Positions 52,771 to 64,000 of a stretch of DNA of 64,000 nt are shown here, in pieces. The stretch spans positions 107,166,585-107,230,584 of the forward strand of contig NC_057717.1 in assembly GCF_004010195.1 (NCBI RefSeq), written 5' to 3'. This DNA comes from Chiloscyllium plagiosum (lineage: Eukaryota). Below the pieces are notes generated by a model. It was not told the origin of the DNA. It ran no database searches and saw nothing but the letters and a program-made list of their open reading frames with translations. The position numbers and the translations under genes are program-made. Position 1 is the first letter of the stretch. Each line of letters starts with the position of its first letter.

Positions 52771-54106
52771 CTATTATTTCTGTTTTCTACCTCCTTCCCT
52801 TCTTAAATAGGGATTTACATTAGCTATGTTCTAGTCCTCTGGTACTATCCCTGACTCCAGTGATTCCTGAAAGACAATCACCAATGCCTCCACAATCTCC
52901 TCAGCTATCTCCTTCAGAACCCTGAGGTATAGTCCATCCAGTCCAAGTGATTTACCCAGCTTTCTTAGCACCTTCTCCTTAGTGATGGCCAGTACACTGA
53001 CCTCTGCCCCTGACTTTCTTGAAGTTCTGGTATGCTACTGGAGTCTTCCATCATGAAGACTGATGCAAAGTACCGATTCAGTTATTTCACCATTTCTTTG
53101 TTTTCTATTTTAACTTCTCCAGTCTCATTTTCCCACGGGTTCAAAGTCTACTCTTGCCTCTCTTACCTTTTACATACCTAAAAATACACCTGCAATCCTC
53201 TTTTATAATACTAGCTAGCTTGTTCTCATATTTCATCTTCTCACCTCCCTCCTCTTCCTTTGCTTTTTTAGTTGTCCTCTGTGAGTTCTTAAAGGGTTCT
53301 GTCTTCCCATTGATCTTCATCACATGTATGATTTTTCTTTTGCTTTTATGCTGTCCCTGACTTCTTTTGTCAGCCCTGGTTGCCTTATCCTCCCCTTCAT
53401 ATGTTTTTCTTCCTTGGGATTTCTTACAAATTACCCCCAGAAACACCTGTCATTACTGCTAAACCATCATCTTCCCTGCTGGGCTCCTCTTCCCATCAAC
53501 TTTATCACCTCCACCCTCATATCCTTTTAGTTATCTTTACTCAGTTGTAATACTGTTACATGTGTTTCTAGCTTCTCCCTCTTAAATTGCAGGGTGAATT
53601 CTATCATCCAATGGCCACTGCCCCCAGGAATTCCTTCACCTTAAGTTCCCTTGTCATCTCAGCCTCATTACACAAGAAGAGATAGGGAATAGATGGATAT
53701 GGACCATATGCAGGCAGGTGAAATCAGTTTAAAATGGAATCATTGTTGGCACAGACATGATGGGCCAAAGGGCCTGTTCCATGTTCTATTTCACATCACC
53801 AAATCCAGAATTGCTGTGCCCTTGTAGGCTCTACCACAAGCTGCTCCAAAAAACATTTCATAGACATTCTAGAAATTCCTTTTCTTGGGATTTGCTACCA
53901 ACTTGATTTACCGAGTCCATCTATAGATTGAAGTCCCCCATGATTATTGTATAAGTGCCTTTTGTACATTCTGTTTCTTTCTCCTGACTATTGCTCGAAG
54001 ACGTGTACGTAATTCCCATCAGGGTCTTTTTTTCCCTTTGTGATTCCTCATCTCTATCCACACAGATTCTATGCTTTCCAATCCTATATTGCTTCTTATT
54101 ATCAAG

Positions 54107-54425
54107 TGGGCGGCATGGTGGCACAGTGGTTAGCAATGTTGCCTCACAATGCCAGAGACCTGGGTTCAATTCCTGCCTCAGGCAACTGTCTGTGCGGAGT
54201 TTGCACATTCTCCCTGTGTCTGCGTGGGTTTCCTCCGGGTGCTCCGGTTTCCTCCCACAGTCCAAAAATGTGCAGGTTACGTGAATTGGCCATGCTAAAT
54301 TGCCCATAGCACTAGGTGAAGGGGTAAATTTGGGGAATGGGTCTGGGTGGGTTGCTCTTCAGAGGGTCGGTGTGGACTTGTTGGGCCGAAGGGCCTGTTT
54401 CCACACTGTAAGTAATCTAATCTAA
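54107..54425 (+). mobile_element. HE1-like tRNA-derived SINE
   Basis: Full-length copy with A/B boxes and (aatct)n tail. Confidence 0.9.
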
Positions 54426-54939
54426 TTTCATTTCATTTCTTACTAACCAGGAGCCCTGACTCCTCTGCCCATGTGCTTGTCCTTTCAATAGATGCAACCC
54501 CTTTGCAGCCACATCTCTGTGATGCCCACATTGTACCCGCCAATTTCAATCTGTGCTACAAGCACATTCACCTTGTTTCTCGTACTGTGAGCATTTATGT
54601 ACAACACCTCTAGTCTTACACTGACTTCTCCCCTTCTCACAGTTGTCCCCTTATCTGCTGTGCATGAAGTTAGACTTCTCACCTTTTCCATATTCTCTGT
54701 TCTATTACATGTTCTCCAACTTTAATAATGTCTGCTGAGCCCTCCCTTTAATGGAGGACAGGATGAGCTCATAGTTGTGGAGGATGAGGTGGATAGGAGC
54801 TATTGAGTGGAGAGGTTGCATGCAGTAGCAAGTATGAGCTTTAGTGGGAGCTGTGTGTGCAATGTCACAGTTGAAGTTACTGTTAGGTAGCAGAGAAAGG
54901 ATGGCGCCATTTACCCTTGCTGAGTGCAAAAGATGGAGT

Positions 54940-55408
54940 CATAGAGTCATGCAGCATAGAAACATGGTTGAACTCATCTGTGTAAATCAGACATCCCAAT
55001 CTGACCTAGTCCCATTTGTCAGCATTTGGCCCACATTCCTCTAATCCCTTCTAGTCATTTACCCATTCAACTGCCTTTTAAATATTGTAATTTACCAGCC
55101 TCCACCACTTTCACTGCCAGCTCATTCCATACATGCACCACCCTCTGCATTAAAAAGTTATCCCGCAAGTCTTTTTAAAATCTTTCTCCTCTGACCTATG
55201 CCCTCTAGCTGTGGGCTGCCTCACCCTCAGGAAAAGACCTTGGCTATTTACCCTACCAATGCCCCTCATGATTTTATAAACCTCAAGAAGGTCACCCCTC
55301 AGTCTCTGACACTCTGGGGAAAACGCCCAGGCTATTCACTCTCTTCTTATAACTCATACCCTCCAATCCAGCAACATCCTTGTAAATCTTTTCTGAACCC
55401 TCTCAAGC
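54940..55408 (-). mobile_element. CR1 3' fragment
   Basis: Reverse complement of the 18190-18650 type CR1 end, with (atagagtc)n tail. Confidence 0.75.
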
Positions 55409-57824
55409 TTAACAGACTGAGCTTCTTGCGTCACTGTTGTGCAATCCTCTTGGTCAAACAAATGGTTCTGACCCAAACTGCTATTTCAGTTGAGACTGGC
55501 TTGGTCTGGTGTCAAGCCTTCAGTGTCATTCCACCAGAAAGAGGATGGTCCTCCTCTCTATCACCTTGTCTACCAGCAGGTCTCTCTCTGCAAAGCTAAT
55601 TTCCCTTTCTGAGACATTGCCAGCAGCAGCAGACTGTGAAAGACCGATACCTGGCTTGCATAGTCTGAAATGGTTTGTCAATGGAGTTTAAATATAGTGC
55701 CCATAGCATGAACAGTATACCCTGGTGAGCAATTCCGAGATTGCGAGATTGCACGGGCAGGGTAGTATGAATCCCAAATGTACAATTAGTGAGGTGAGCA
55801 GTAGAAGCTTGCATGAGAAAAGCCACCAAGGACCATGGCAGTAAACCTTCCATGAAACTCCCTGAACATAACACAACCAAAATATGGGAAAATTCTGCCC
55901 TATGTTTTCTTTGGAATTCTAAATTGACCGGATAAAGTTTGAGATGATGATGGAAGTCGATCCAGGTAAATGTGTGTGTGGTGCATGGTTCAAATTCGAG
56001 CTGAGAAGGAACAGAAATAAGGGGATTAGGAACTGAACAAGAAGCTGTAGGAAACCTTTGCAGAGCTGGGTACTGATGGAGATAACACAGGTGAATTTAC
56101 TGTGGGCTTCCAGCACTTGTTGGCAGTGGGACCGGCTCAGTGATTTTACTAGAAGCAGTCTCCTAATTGGACACTTCTGGGCTCATGGTCTAATTTGGGT
56201 TGGTGGACAGTCTCGTGATGCCTTAGGCTCAATCAGAAGCCTGGATGATATGAAGGTAACTGGAAGATCTTGATGGTATCTCAAACTCGAGGTGACACTT
56301 GAGGGTTCTATCGATATAGTCTAACCTGGTTGGCCAAGGGTAAATGTTTCCCAATGATTGAAGGGAATTACTCCTTCAGGGAGACTGTTAGGGGGTTTCG
56401 TGCCTGTGGGCCTGCTGGCCTTTCCCTGAGGTCATGGAGCCTCTGGCTCTCTTACTCAGACTGTTGTAGGGAGAGCACCTACTTGAAGCAGGTCACCTCC
56501 CTGTATCCCACCAATTGGGATCTTTGTTACAGAAGCTGGCTGATTACATCTGTACAGTGGGCAGCCAATGCAAACCTTGCCCACCTCCTCCCTGCTGTTG
56601 AGGCAGCATCGCAATGATGTCCTTCTATTTTACCAGCAGACCTCCAGCCTCTACTACCCCCATCCAGAGCTGGGAACATTCAGTCCATACGGGCAAGTCT
56701 GCTTTGAGCAGTTTTTAGCTAAACTCAGTTTATGATTCCCACGACACAATTTGGAGCCTAAATTCCCAAATTCAGTCAGAGGGAATAACCTAAAACTAGT
56801 AATTCTTGAAAATGAATGTACTGGTCACACTGGGCCTCTATCTTGAAATACTCGAGTCCGACCAATATGACTCATTCACCAGATTTACTGGTTTTCCTTC
56901 TGGACAATCTTATCACTCTCTTTTGAACTGTCTCTAATGTACCAATGTTCTTTTGTAAGTCTCATGCTCAAACCTGCGCTGAATACTCCAACATGGTCCA
57001 TGCAGAGGTCTGCAGAGGAGTAGATTGTCATCAGGATATGTCTCAGGTTTTTAATCTTTGTGTTTAACAGCAAATTCACAATGACAGGATACTTTCACCA
57101 GCATGTCAGCAATCACACCCACACCCCTTGTTCACTCTGGATAAAGGAAGACACAAAGCTCATACACTCGACATTTTTAAGGGAATGAGCTGAACTCTGA
57201 AAATATGTCTAATTTTTTGTCAAAAAAAAAGAAATGGGTAGAAGCTTAGGGGAGAGGGTTGTACACAGACGATTTTCACTGGTGAGAAAGAACACAGGTG
57301 GGAAAGATTTACAGAATTGTGTTTGAAGGAGTGACTGATTCAAGCAGAATGTGTTTTTTGTGACAGCTCTTCTTTACAATGTCCCTGTTCTGCCTTTGAT
57401 GGCTGAACCTCATCTTTACCAATACACATGCGTGAATATATGCATTACTCTAATTAAAGTATGATGGGACCATTTTAAGTGAACCTATTCAGCAGAAACT
57501 AGGCAGGTATGTGTGGATATTGTACCAACCTATTCAGGTGTGAATTGAAACACCTCAGGTAGAACTTTAACACAAGTATTCTGGGTCAGAGCTGGGGATG
57601 TTACCACTGCACCACAGCAGCCCTAATAAGTGTGTGTAGGCAGTTCAAAAAAGATAAGCCAATTCCCAGTTCCTAGCTTTGAGATCTTAACACCAGTGGA
57701 TGAGGCCCCTATTTAAATCAGGTGGATATCACATTCAAGCAAACAAATCAGAGCCATGTTATACCAATAGGATTTCTAAGTCCTTTTAAGAATAGTCTGA
57801 AAAGGGTGGTCCTCACCTCTAATG

Positions 57825-58040
57825 ATGGAAATGTGTTGCTGGAAAAGCGCAGCAGGTCAGGCAGCATCTAGGGAACAGGAGAATCGACGTTTCGGGCATT
57901 AGCCCTTCTTCAGGAAGTCGATCCTGAAGAAGGGCTAATGCCCGAAACGTCGATTCTCCTGTTCCCTAGATGCTGCCTGACCTTTTCCAGCAACACATTT
58001 CCATCTCTGATCTCCAGCATCTGCAGACCTCACTTTCTCC
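57825..58040. mobile_element. Foldback family-1 element with two back-to-back intact hammerhead cores
   Basis: Cores at 57886-57913 (-) and 57924-57951 (+); 15-bp TSD tcctcacctctaatg at 57810-57824 and 58038-58052. Confidence 0.9.
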
Positions 58041-58515
58041 TCACCTCTAATGCTCCAACTAACTATTAGCAGTTCTTAAGACTGAACAGGTCAGACAGTA
58101 AGTGTCAAAATTTTCATTATGGCCAGGTGTGTCAAGTCACAAAGGGAGTCTCTTTGTGTTACCTGGGGCCATACTCCTTCACTCCATACACCTCCAAAAC
58201 TCCTTTCAGCCACCAGGTTCACTCTTTGCTTCATGCTGATAGCTAACTGCTTCTTTCTTTCCCTGTTCAGTGATCAGCTAACTAAAGGCTGTACGTCACA
58301 TCCCACAGTTCAACTGGCCTTTACCTCAAAGTGACGATTCACAATTGGTTCATCTACTCCCAGTTAATATACCTCCCAAATCCTACCATCACCTATTCCT
58401 AAACTCTTGTTCTTTTACCAGATCTTTCAAAATACTGTTTAGTATTTGGCCACTGAGTTACAAGGTGTACATTGTTCCAAGTAGCCATGAAGACTAAGAG
58501 ATCCAGGGCAGCTAC

Positions 58516-58617
58516 CTCCAGCAGTTTTGCCCTGAGACAAAGTTTTTCCACTTGGAGCTTATCCTCTGTTGCCAGTTGCTCAGACAGTGCAAGATGGAGC
58601 TCTACTTCTTCCTCACT
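58516..58617 (-). CDS. Candidate internal exon encoding a coiled-coil-like segment, gene unidentified
   Basis: Good acceptor tttttcactctacAG|AGTGAG. 102 nt SEEEVELHLALSEQLATEDKLQVEKLCLRAKLLE then GAG|GTAGCT. The frame stays open to an alternative donor CTG|GTAAAA at 58419. Confidence 0.4.
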
Positions 58618-60399
58618 CTGTAGAGTGAAAAATAGTGGCAAGTCACTCATGACTGGCTACATGCTTTTCTGGAAAAGGATTGTAGAATACGTACAGTGCA
58701 AAAGGAGGCCTCCGGCCCAAGGAGTCTGCACCAACCTTCCAGAGAGTATTCCCCCCCCCAGTGTCCGTAACTCCATGTTCACCATGGATACTACCAGGGA
58801 ATTCAGAATGGCCAATCTACCTAACCTGCACATCCCTGGATACTATGAGGCAATTTAGCATGGCCAATCTACCTAATGTGCACATCTTTGGACTGTGGAA
58901 GGAAACCAGAGCATCCAGAGGAAACCCAGGCTGACATGGGGAGATCATGCTTTATTAGTGACATGTTATGATTGGGTAAGAACATTAAGGGATATGGATG
59001 GAAATGCAAGAGTTGCGATACTGACTGGCAATGAAGTGACTGAATGGGAGAAGCAGCCCTCAGGAGGTCAGTGGCACTCCTTGTGGGTCCTCTGCTGACT
59101 ATACGACTCGAACTAGGAGCATATTGAGTGTATAAAATATATCTTAAAACACCCCAGTTTCTTTGTAAAAATACATGTATTTTTCCTTCTGTGCTAAAGA
59201 CTGGACTGAGCTTGTGCTTTGATTTTCATTTGCTACTCGTAAATAAGAAGGCAGCTGCTCCTTTCAGCTTCACCCAGAGAGGAAAGTTTAAAAGCCTGTC
59301 AGTTTTATGAATGAAGAAACCACATGATTTATTGAACATTCAGTGACTCAGTATGCAATGCCTGATGTCCTGGGGACACAGGAGCCAGCACTGGCTCAGA
59401 GCGAGAGATAATTTTAGCCTTTTAGGCGTGACAGATGTTTTTCAAATTCAGAGTAGTTTGTGCCAGCCATTGGAATCAAGGATGCAAAGTACCAATTATT
59501 GTGACAAGTAATTTCCTCATATCAGTATGTGCGTGGTCGTGGAGAGATGGGATGTGGTGTAAAAATAGAATGGAAAAGAAGACATTTTGGTTTGGTGAAC
59601 ATGACTCAACATTTGTTTTAAAAATTTTAAAATGAGAAACATCTGAAATATGTATTTATCTGTAGGTGCGTGTGTTTGTGCGCGCATGAGCAAGCATCTG
59701 TTTGGTACATTAGTTCATTTAGAATTTACTTGACATGCCATTTGACCCAAGAGCTCCACACTGAATCTTAAACTTCACATGAGATGTTTCCCATCCTACA
59801 TCATCTCACCTTATCAGCATATCCTTCTACACTGGTCTATTCTATGTACTTATCCAGAAAACCTATAAACGCATCTACACTACTAATCTCAGCTGCTGTT
59901 ATGGTAAGGAGTTTCAGAAAATTAGGTCTAGCATTTCTCTGTGGCTATATGTCAATGTGTGTGACAGATGGATGTATGTGATAAGCATGTACAAGATACG
60001 TGTAAGATGTGTGAGTATTATTAACACAATTGTGCTTTATTTAATGAGCTTATCTTGTCTTGCCTTCATGGTAAATGCTGGAGAAACAATACTGGAATAC
60101 CAACAATAGCAACTTGAGACTTGGTATTAAAGTATATATGCAGTGATTAGCATCTTTGGGTTACAGATACATGGTCGTCCAAAATCAGCAATTTAAACCG
60201 GCAGCAATATCAGTGTTTGAAAAAATTACGGTACCATCCAAGTTGGTATAATCACTTACAAACATCACTGTCTCGTATGAGGCTGGACAACATAGAAGGG
60301 GAAGATTGATGCTGATTCCTGGTCTGTCTTAGCATCCCCAAGTTTAGTGGGCAAAATAATCCCCGCTGGTAAATAAATGTGCAGGAGTTTAGATGAAAG

Positions 60400-61590
60400 A
60401 ACAAAGAATAATACAGCACAGGAACAGGTCCTTCGGCCCACTAAGACTGCGCTGATATTTGATGTCTTTCTGAACTAAAAACCTCTTGCCTCTACATGGT
60501 CTGCATCCCTCTATTCGCTGCCTATTCATGTATCTGTCAAGATGGCTCTTAAATGTTGCTAGTGTATCTGAATCTACCACCTCCTCTGGCAGCAAATTCC
60601 AGGCATTACCACCCACTGTATAAAAAACTTGCCTCTCACACCTCCTTTAAACTTGCCCCTTTTACTTTAAACCTAGGTCCCTGTAAATGACATTTGTACT
60701 CCAGGAAAAAGACTCTGACTATCCAACCTATCCATGCCTCTCAAAACTTTGTAAACTTCTATCAGGTTACCCCTCAACCTTTGACGTTCAAGTGAAAACA
60801 AACCATGTTTGTCCAAATTCTCCTCATAGCTAATACCCTTCCAATCAGGCAACAATCTGGTAAACCGTTTCTGCACCGTCTCTAAAGCTTCCACATCCTT
60901 CTGGTAGTGTTGCGACCAGAACTGCACACAATACTCCAAGTGTAGCCTAATTAAAGTTTATTATAGCTGCAAAGTGACTTGCAAATTTTTATATTCTGTG
61001 CTTTGACAAATGAAGGCAAGCCTGCCATATGTCTTCTTGTCCATTTTATCTACTGATGTTGCCATTTTCCAGGAACTGTGTACCTGTACGCTTACATCCC
61101 TCTGTACATTGATGTTACAAAGGGTTCTTCCATTTACCGTATTCTTCCCTCCTGCCTTAGATATCCCAAAGTGCACCACCTCACATTTGTCTGGATTTTA
61201 TTCCATCTGCCAATTCTCTGCCCAAGTCTCCAGCCTATCTATATCCTGTTGTATCTTCTGGCAATCCTCATCACTATCTGCAGCTCCTGCAATCCTTGTG
61301 TTATCCTTAAACTGGCTAATCAGGCCACCTACATACTCCCCCAAATCACTTATACAACAGTGGTTCTGGCACGGATCCCTATGGAACACCATTGGTCACA
61401 TATCCCCAGTCAGATAAATACACATCCACCTCTACTCTCTGTTTTCTGTAACTCAGCCAATTCTGTATCTGTCTTACCAGCACTCCACGGTTCCCATGTG
61501 ACTTCACATTTTGTACATACCTGCCATGAGGGACCTTATCAAAGGCCTTACTAAAGTCCATATGGAGAACATCTAATGCCCTGCTCATTT
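60400..61590 (-). mobile_element. CR1 LINE RT and 3' end
   Basis: MDFSKAFDKVPHG, QQDIDRLETWAENWQME and EYCVQFWSQHYQKD motifs. Confidence 0.88.
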
Positions 61591-62356
61591 CCTCAAACAT
61601 CTCACCCCCCCCCAACCGCCACCCGGCCCAAGAGCAGTCAATGTTTGCACTCACACAAAGATTAGCCACCTGGAATTGGCAATCGTACCAAATACTTTGG
61701 AGCCAGTGAAATCTCAGTGATACTCAGCACAGCACAATGCAGACATCTCAAGGGATTGCCTGTTTTTTTCCCCCACTGCAACCCCTGGCTCAGATCACAC
61801 CTTTCCTTTTCACAGAGGATGCTGTCAACTTTGGACACATATGTGGTCAGAGAGCTTTGATAAAATCCAAAGAATAAACAGTCAACATTTTTTTCCAGAC
61901 ATCAAATGTCTTAGAATATAATTTCATAAAACTGACAGTTCTCCCTAAAGTCACACCAGTTGACATTTTGAAGTAATTGGAAATGTTGTGAATTTAAAAA
62001 GAGACCAGTTTCTTTTACCTTGCCAGGACATTCACAGTTTCAGTAAATACTCATCAGTACAGCAGGTAGTGATCCTGATGTGCCTGTCAATTCACACTAG
62101 CCTTCAATCTGGTTTTTATGAAGCATTAAGTCAAAAATTTGGAATTCCAGTATGTTTCAATAATCCGGTTACGGGGCTCATTACTTATCGCAACTTTCTT
62201 CCTCCACACTTCATTGAGGTTAATGTCAGTGTGGTTTGAAGCTGCCCTCTTGGATCAGAGGCACAAGTCAACTTATTTGCAATGTACTTTCACAAGGATG
62301 AATGAGGTATGGTTAATGGGCATGAAATGATAAATGGTGAGGATTAATTTTCTTTG

Positions 62357-64000
62357 GGCGGTAGTGGCTTACTGATTGTCACTGGACTAATAATTCAAAA
62401 ACCCAGGTTAATGTCCTAGCGCATGGTTTAAATCCCAACTCAATAGCTGGTGAGACCTGAATTCAATTTATAAATCTGGAATTGAAAGTTATTCAAATGG
62501 TGACCATGAAGCCATTCTTAATCAACAAAGTTCAGAAATTCCTTTTAGGGAAGGAAAATCTGCTACTAATACAGAAAATATTGGACAAACTCAGCTGCTC
62601 TGGCAGCTTCTGTGGAGAAAAAAACAGAGTTAATGTTTCAAGAAAGTCTGCCACCCTCATCTGGTCGAGCCAACATCAGACTCCACAGCAATTTGGTTAA
62701 CTCTGAAATGGGCTAGCAAGACATTCAGTTGTATCTGACAGCTACAAAGTCTGATAAAAAGAATGAAACCAGATGGACGACTCAGTACCAATTAAGGCAC
62801 TGGACATGACAACAGCAATACAGCCTTGTTGACCCTACAAATACCTTCTTGCCAACATTTAGGGACTATTGTCAAAATTAGAAGAACAATATTAAAACAA
62901 GCAAAAGCCCAAGACAATCATTCTCTTGGAATCATATCTGCATACAATGTTGCAGACAGCACAATCTCCATGCCTGGAAATGCCCTTCCCACTGATGGAA
63001 GATGCTCACTGGAGGTAGTAGAATCATTGAATACAATTGGGTGTAAGGCTTCAATGCCATGAACTCTCATGGAATCACACCAGGAATAGGTAAAGGAACC
63101 TCCTGCTGATTGCCACTTATTGAACATCCACTGATGAATCCTCCATGTGGAACATCACCTGGAGAACACACTGAGGGTGGCAAGGGCACAGAAAGTAATC
63201 TGGAGTGGCAGTCTTCAAGATCCAGTACCATAAGTGGCTCAGTAGCACCATAACTGATTGAGTTTGCTGAATCCTAAAGAACGAAGTGCTAGATTGGGTC
63301 TGTGGCATGTGGTAAGAAAATCAACAAACTGGAGAAATGTACATTGTCAACGAATCTACTCGTTGCAGATGAATCTGTCCAGTATCAGTAGGAGAGTCCA
63401 CTGCAGAGTATTTTTCAAGCACCACACTTTTTAACTATACGTCCCTTCCTGTTCTATAACAACGTTATGATGCTAAATGGGATAGATTTCAAATCGATCT
63501 AGCAACTCAAACTGAGCCTCCATGAGTTGCTGTGCATCACCAGTAACAGCAGAATTGTATTCAACCATTATCTATACCCTTATGCCAGGCATATCCCTCT
63601 CTGCATCATACAACAAAGTCAGGGATGAACCCTTGTTCAAACAAGAGTGCAGAAGGAGTTCCTGGACTTGTCAACACAGGACTATTTACATGGCAAGCAA
63701 CACAAGCAGCTTTCAATAAACAGAGCTAAAAGGTTCCCACACCAAGTGCATGAAATTTAAGTTCTGCAGTTCGGCCACATCAGGTCATGAATGGTGATAG
63801 ACAACTATGCAAGTCAATGGAGGATTAGGCCCTACAAATATCTTTATTCTCAATAATGGGGAAGCCCAGCATTTCACTGGAAAAAAATAAGGCTGACAAA
63901 CTTTAGCAGGAAGTACCGATTGGACTATCCACCTCAGCTTCCTCCTGTTCTAGCATCACAGATGCAGTCTTCACTGAAGTTGATTCACTCTCTGTGATTG
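62357..64000 (+). mobile_element. Decayed family-B LINE 5' part (tRNA-like head plus endonuclease region), running off the window end
   Basis: Colinear homology with 13508-15150. Confidence 0.7.

Larger units (their letters stand above)
51800..54720 (-). mobile_element. Decayed, internally deleted CR1 (endonuclease to 3' tail)
   Basis: LYINAHSTRNKVN…GITEMWL and IIMGDFNL (APE); FRYVKGK; 3' tail at ~51800. Hosts HE1 and family-1 insertions. Confidence 0.8.

Noticed and set aside
56885..57079. 64-aa ORF / exon candidate
   Set aside because: Other frames give decayed CR1 motifs (P.LEY..Q, IGTLETVQKR); it is an old LINE remnant.

Overview
Eukaryotic, repeat-dense DNA that looks intronic or intergenic. 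It is most likely from a cartilaginous fish (shark), inferred from HE1-like tRNA-SINEs, abundant CR1 LINEs and a DeuSINE. No complete protein-coding gene can be supported. Most ORF-track entries are decayed LINE reverse transcriptase/endonuclease fragments, SINE read-throughs or minisatellite translations. A few isolated minus-strand exon candidates exist but I could not assign them to a gene. The most notable signal is a dense population of short, non-coding Penelope-like (PLE) terminal-repeat derivatives from at least three sequence families. Each carries a minimal hammerhead-ribozyme core (CTGAnGA-stem II-GAAAC-GTC). Most are flanked by clear 7-17 bp target-site duplications, and several are arranged as foldback inverted pairs. 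Also present: a LINE with a tRNA-like 5' head plus its internally deleted SINE derivative, nested CR1 insertions, Rex1/Babar, RTE, Tx1 and Harbinger remnants, 24-bp and 27-bp minisatellites, and a 909-N assembly gap. Boundaries of decayed repeats are approximate, read by eye.
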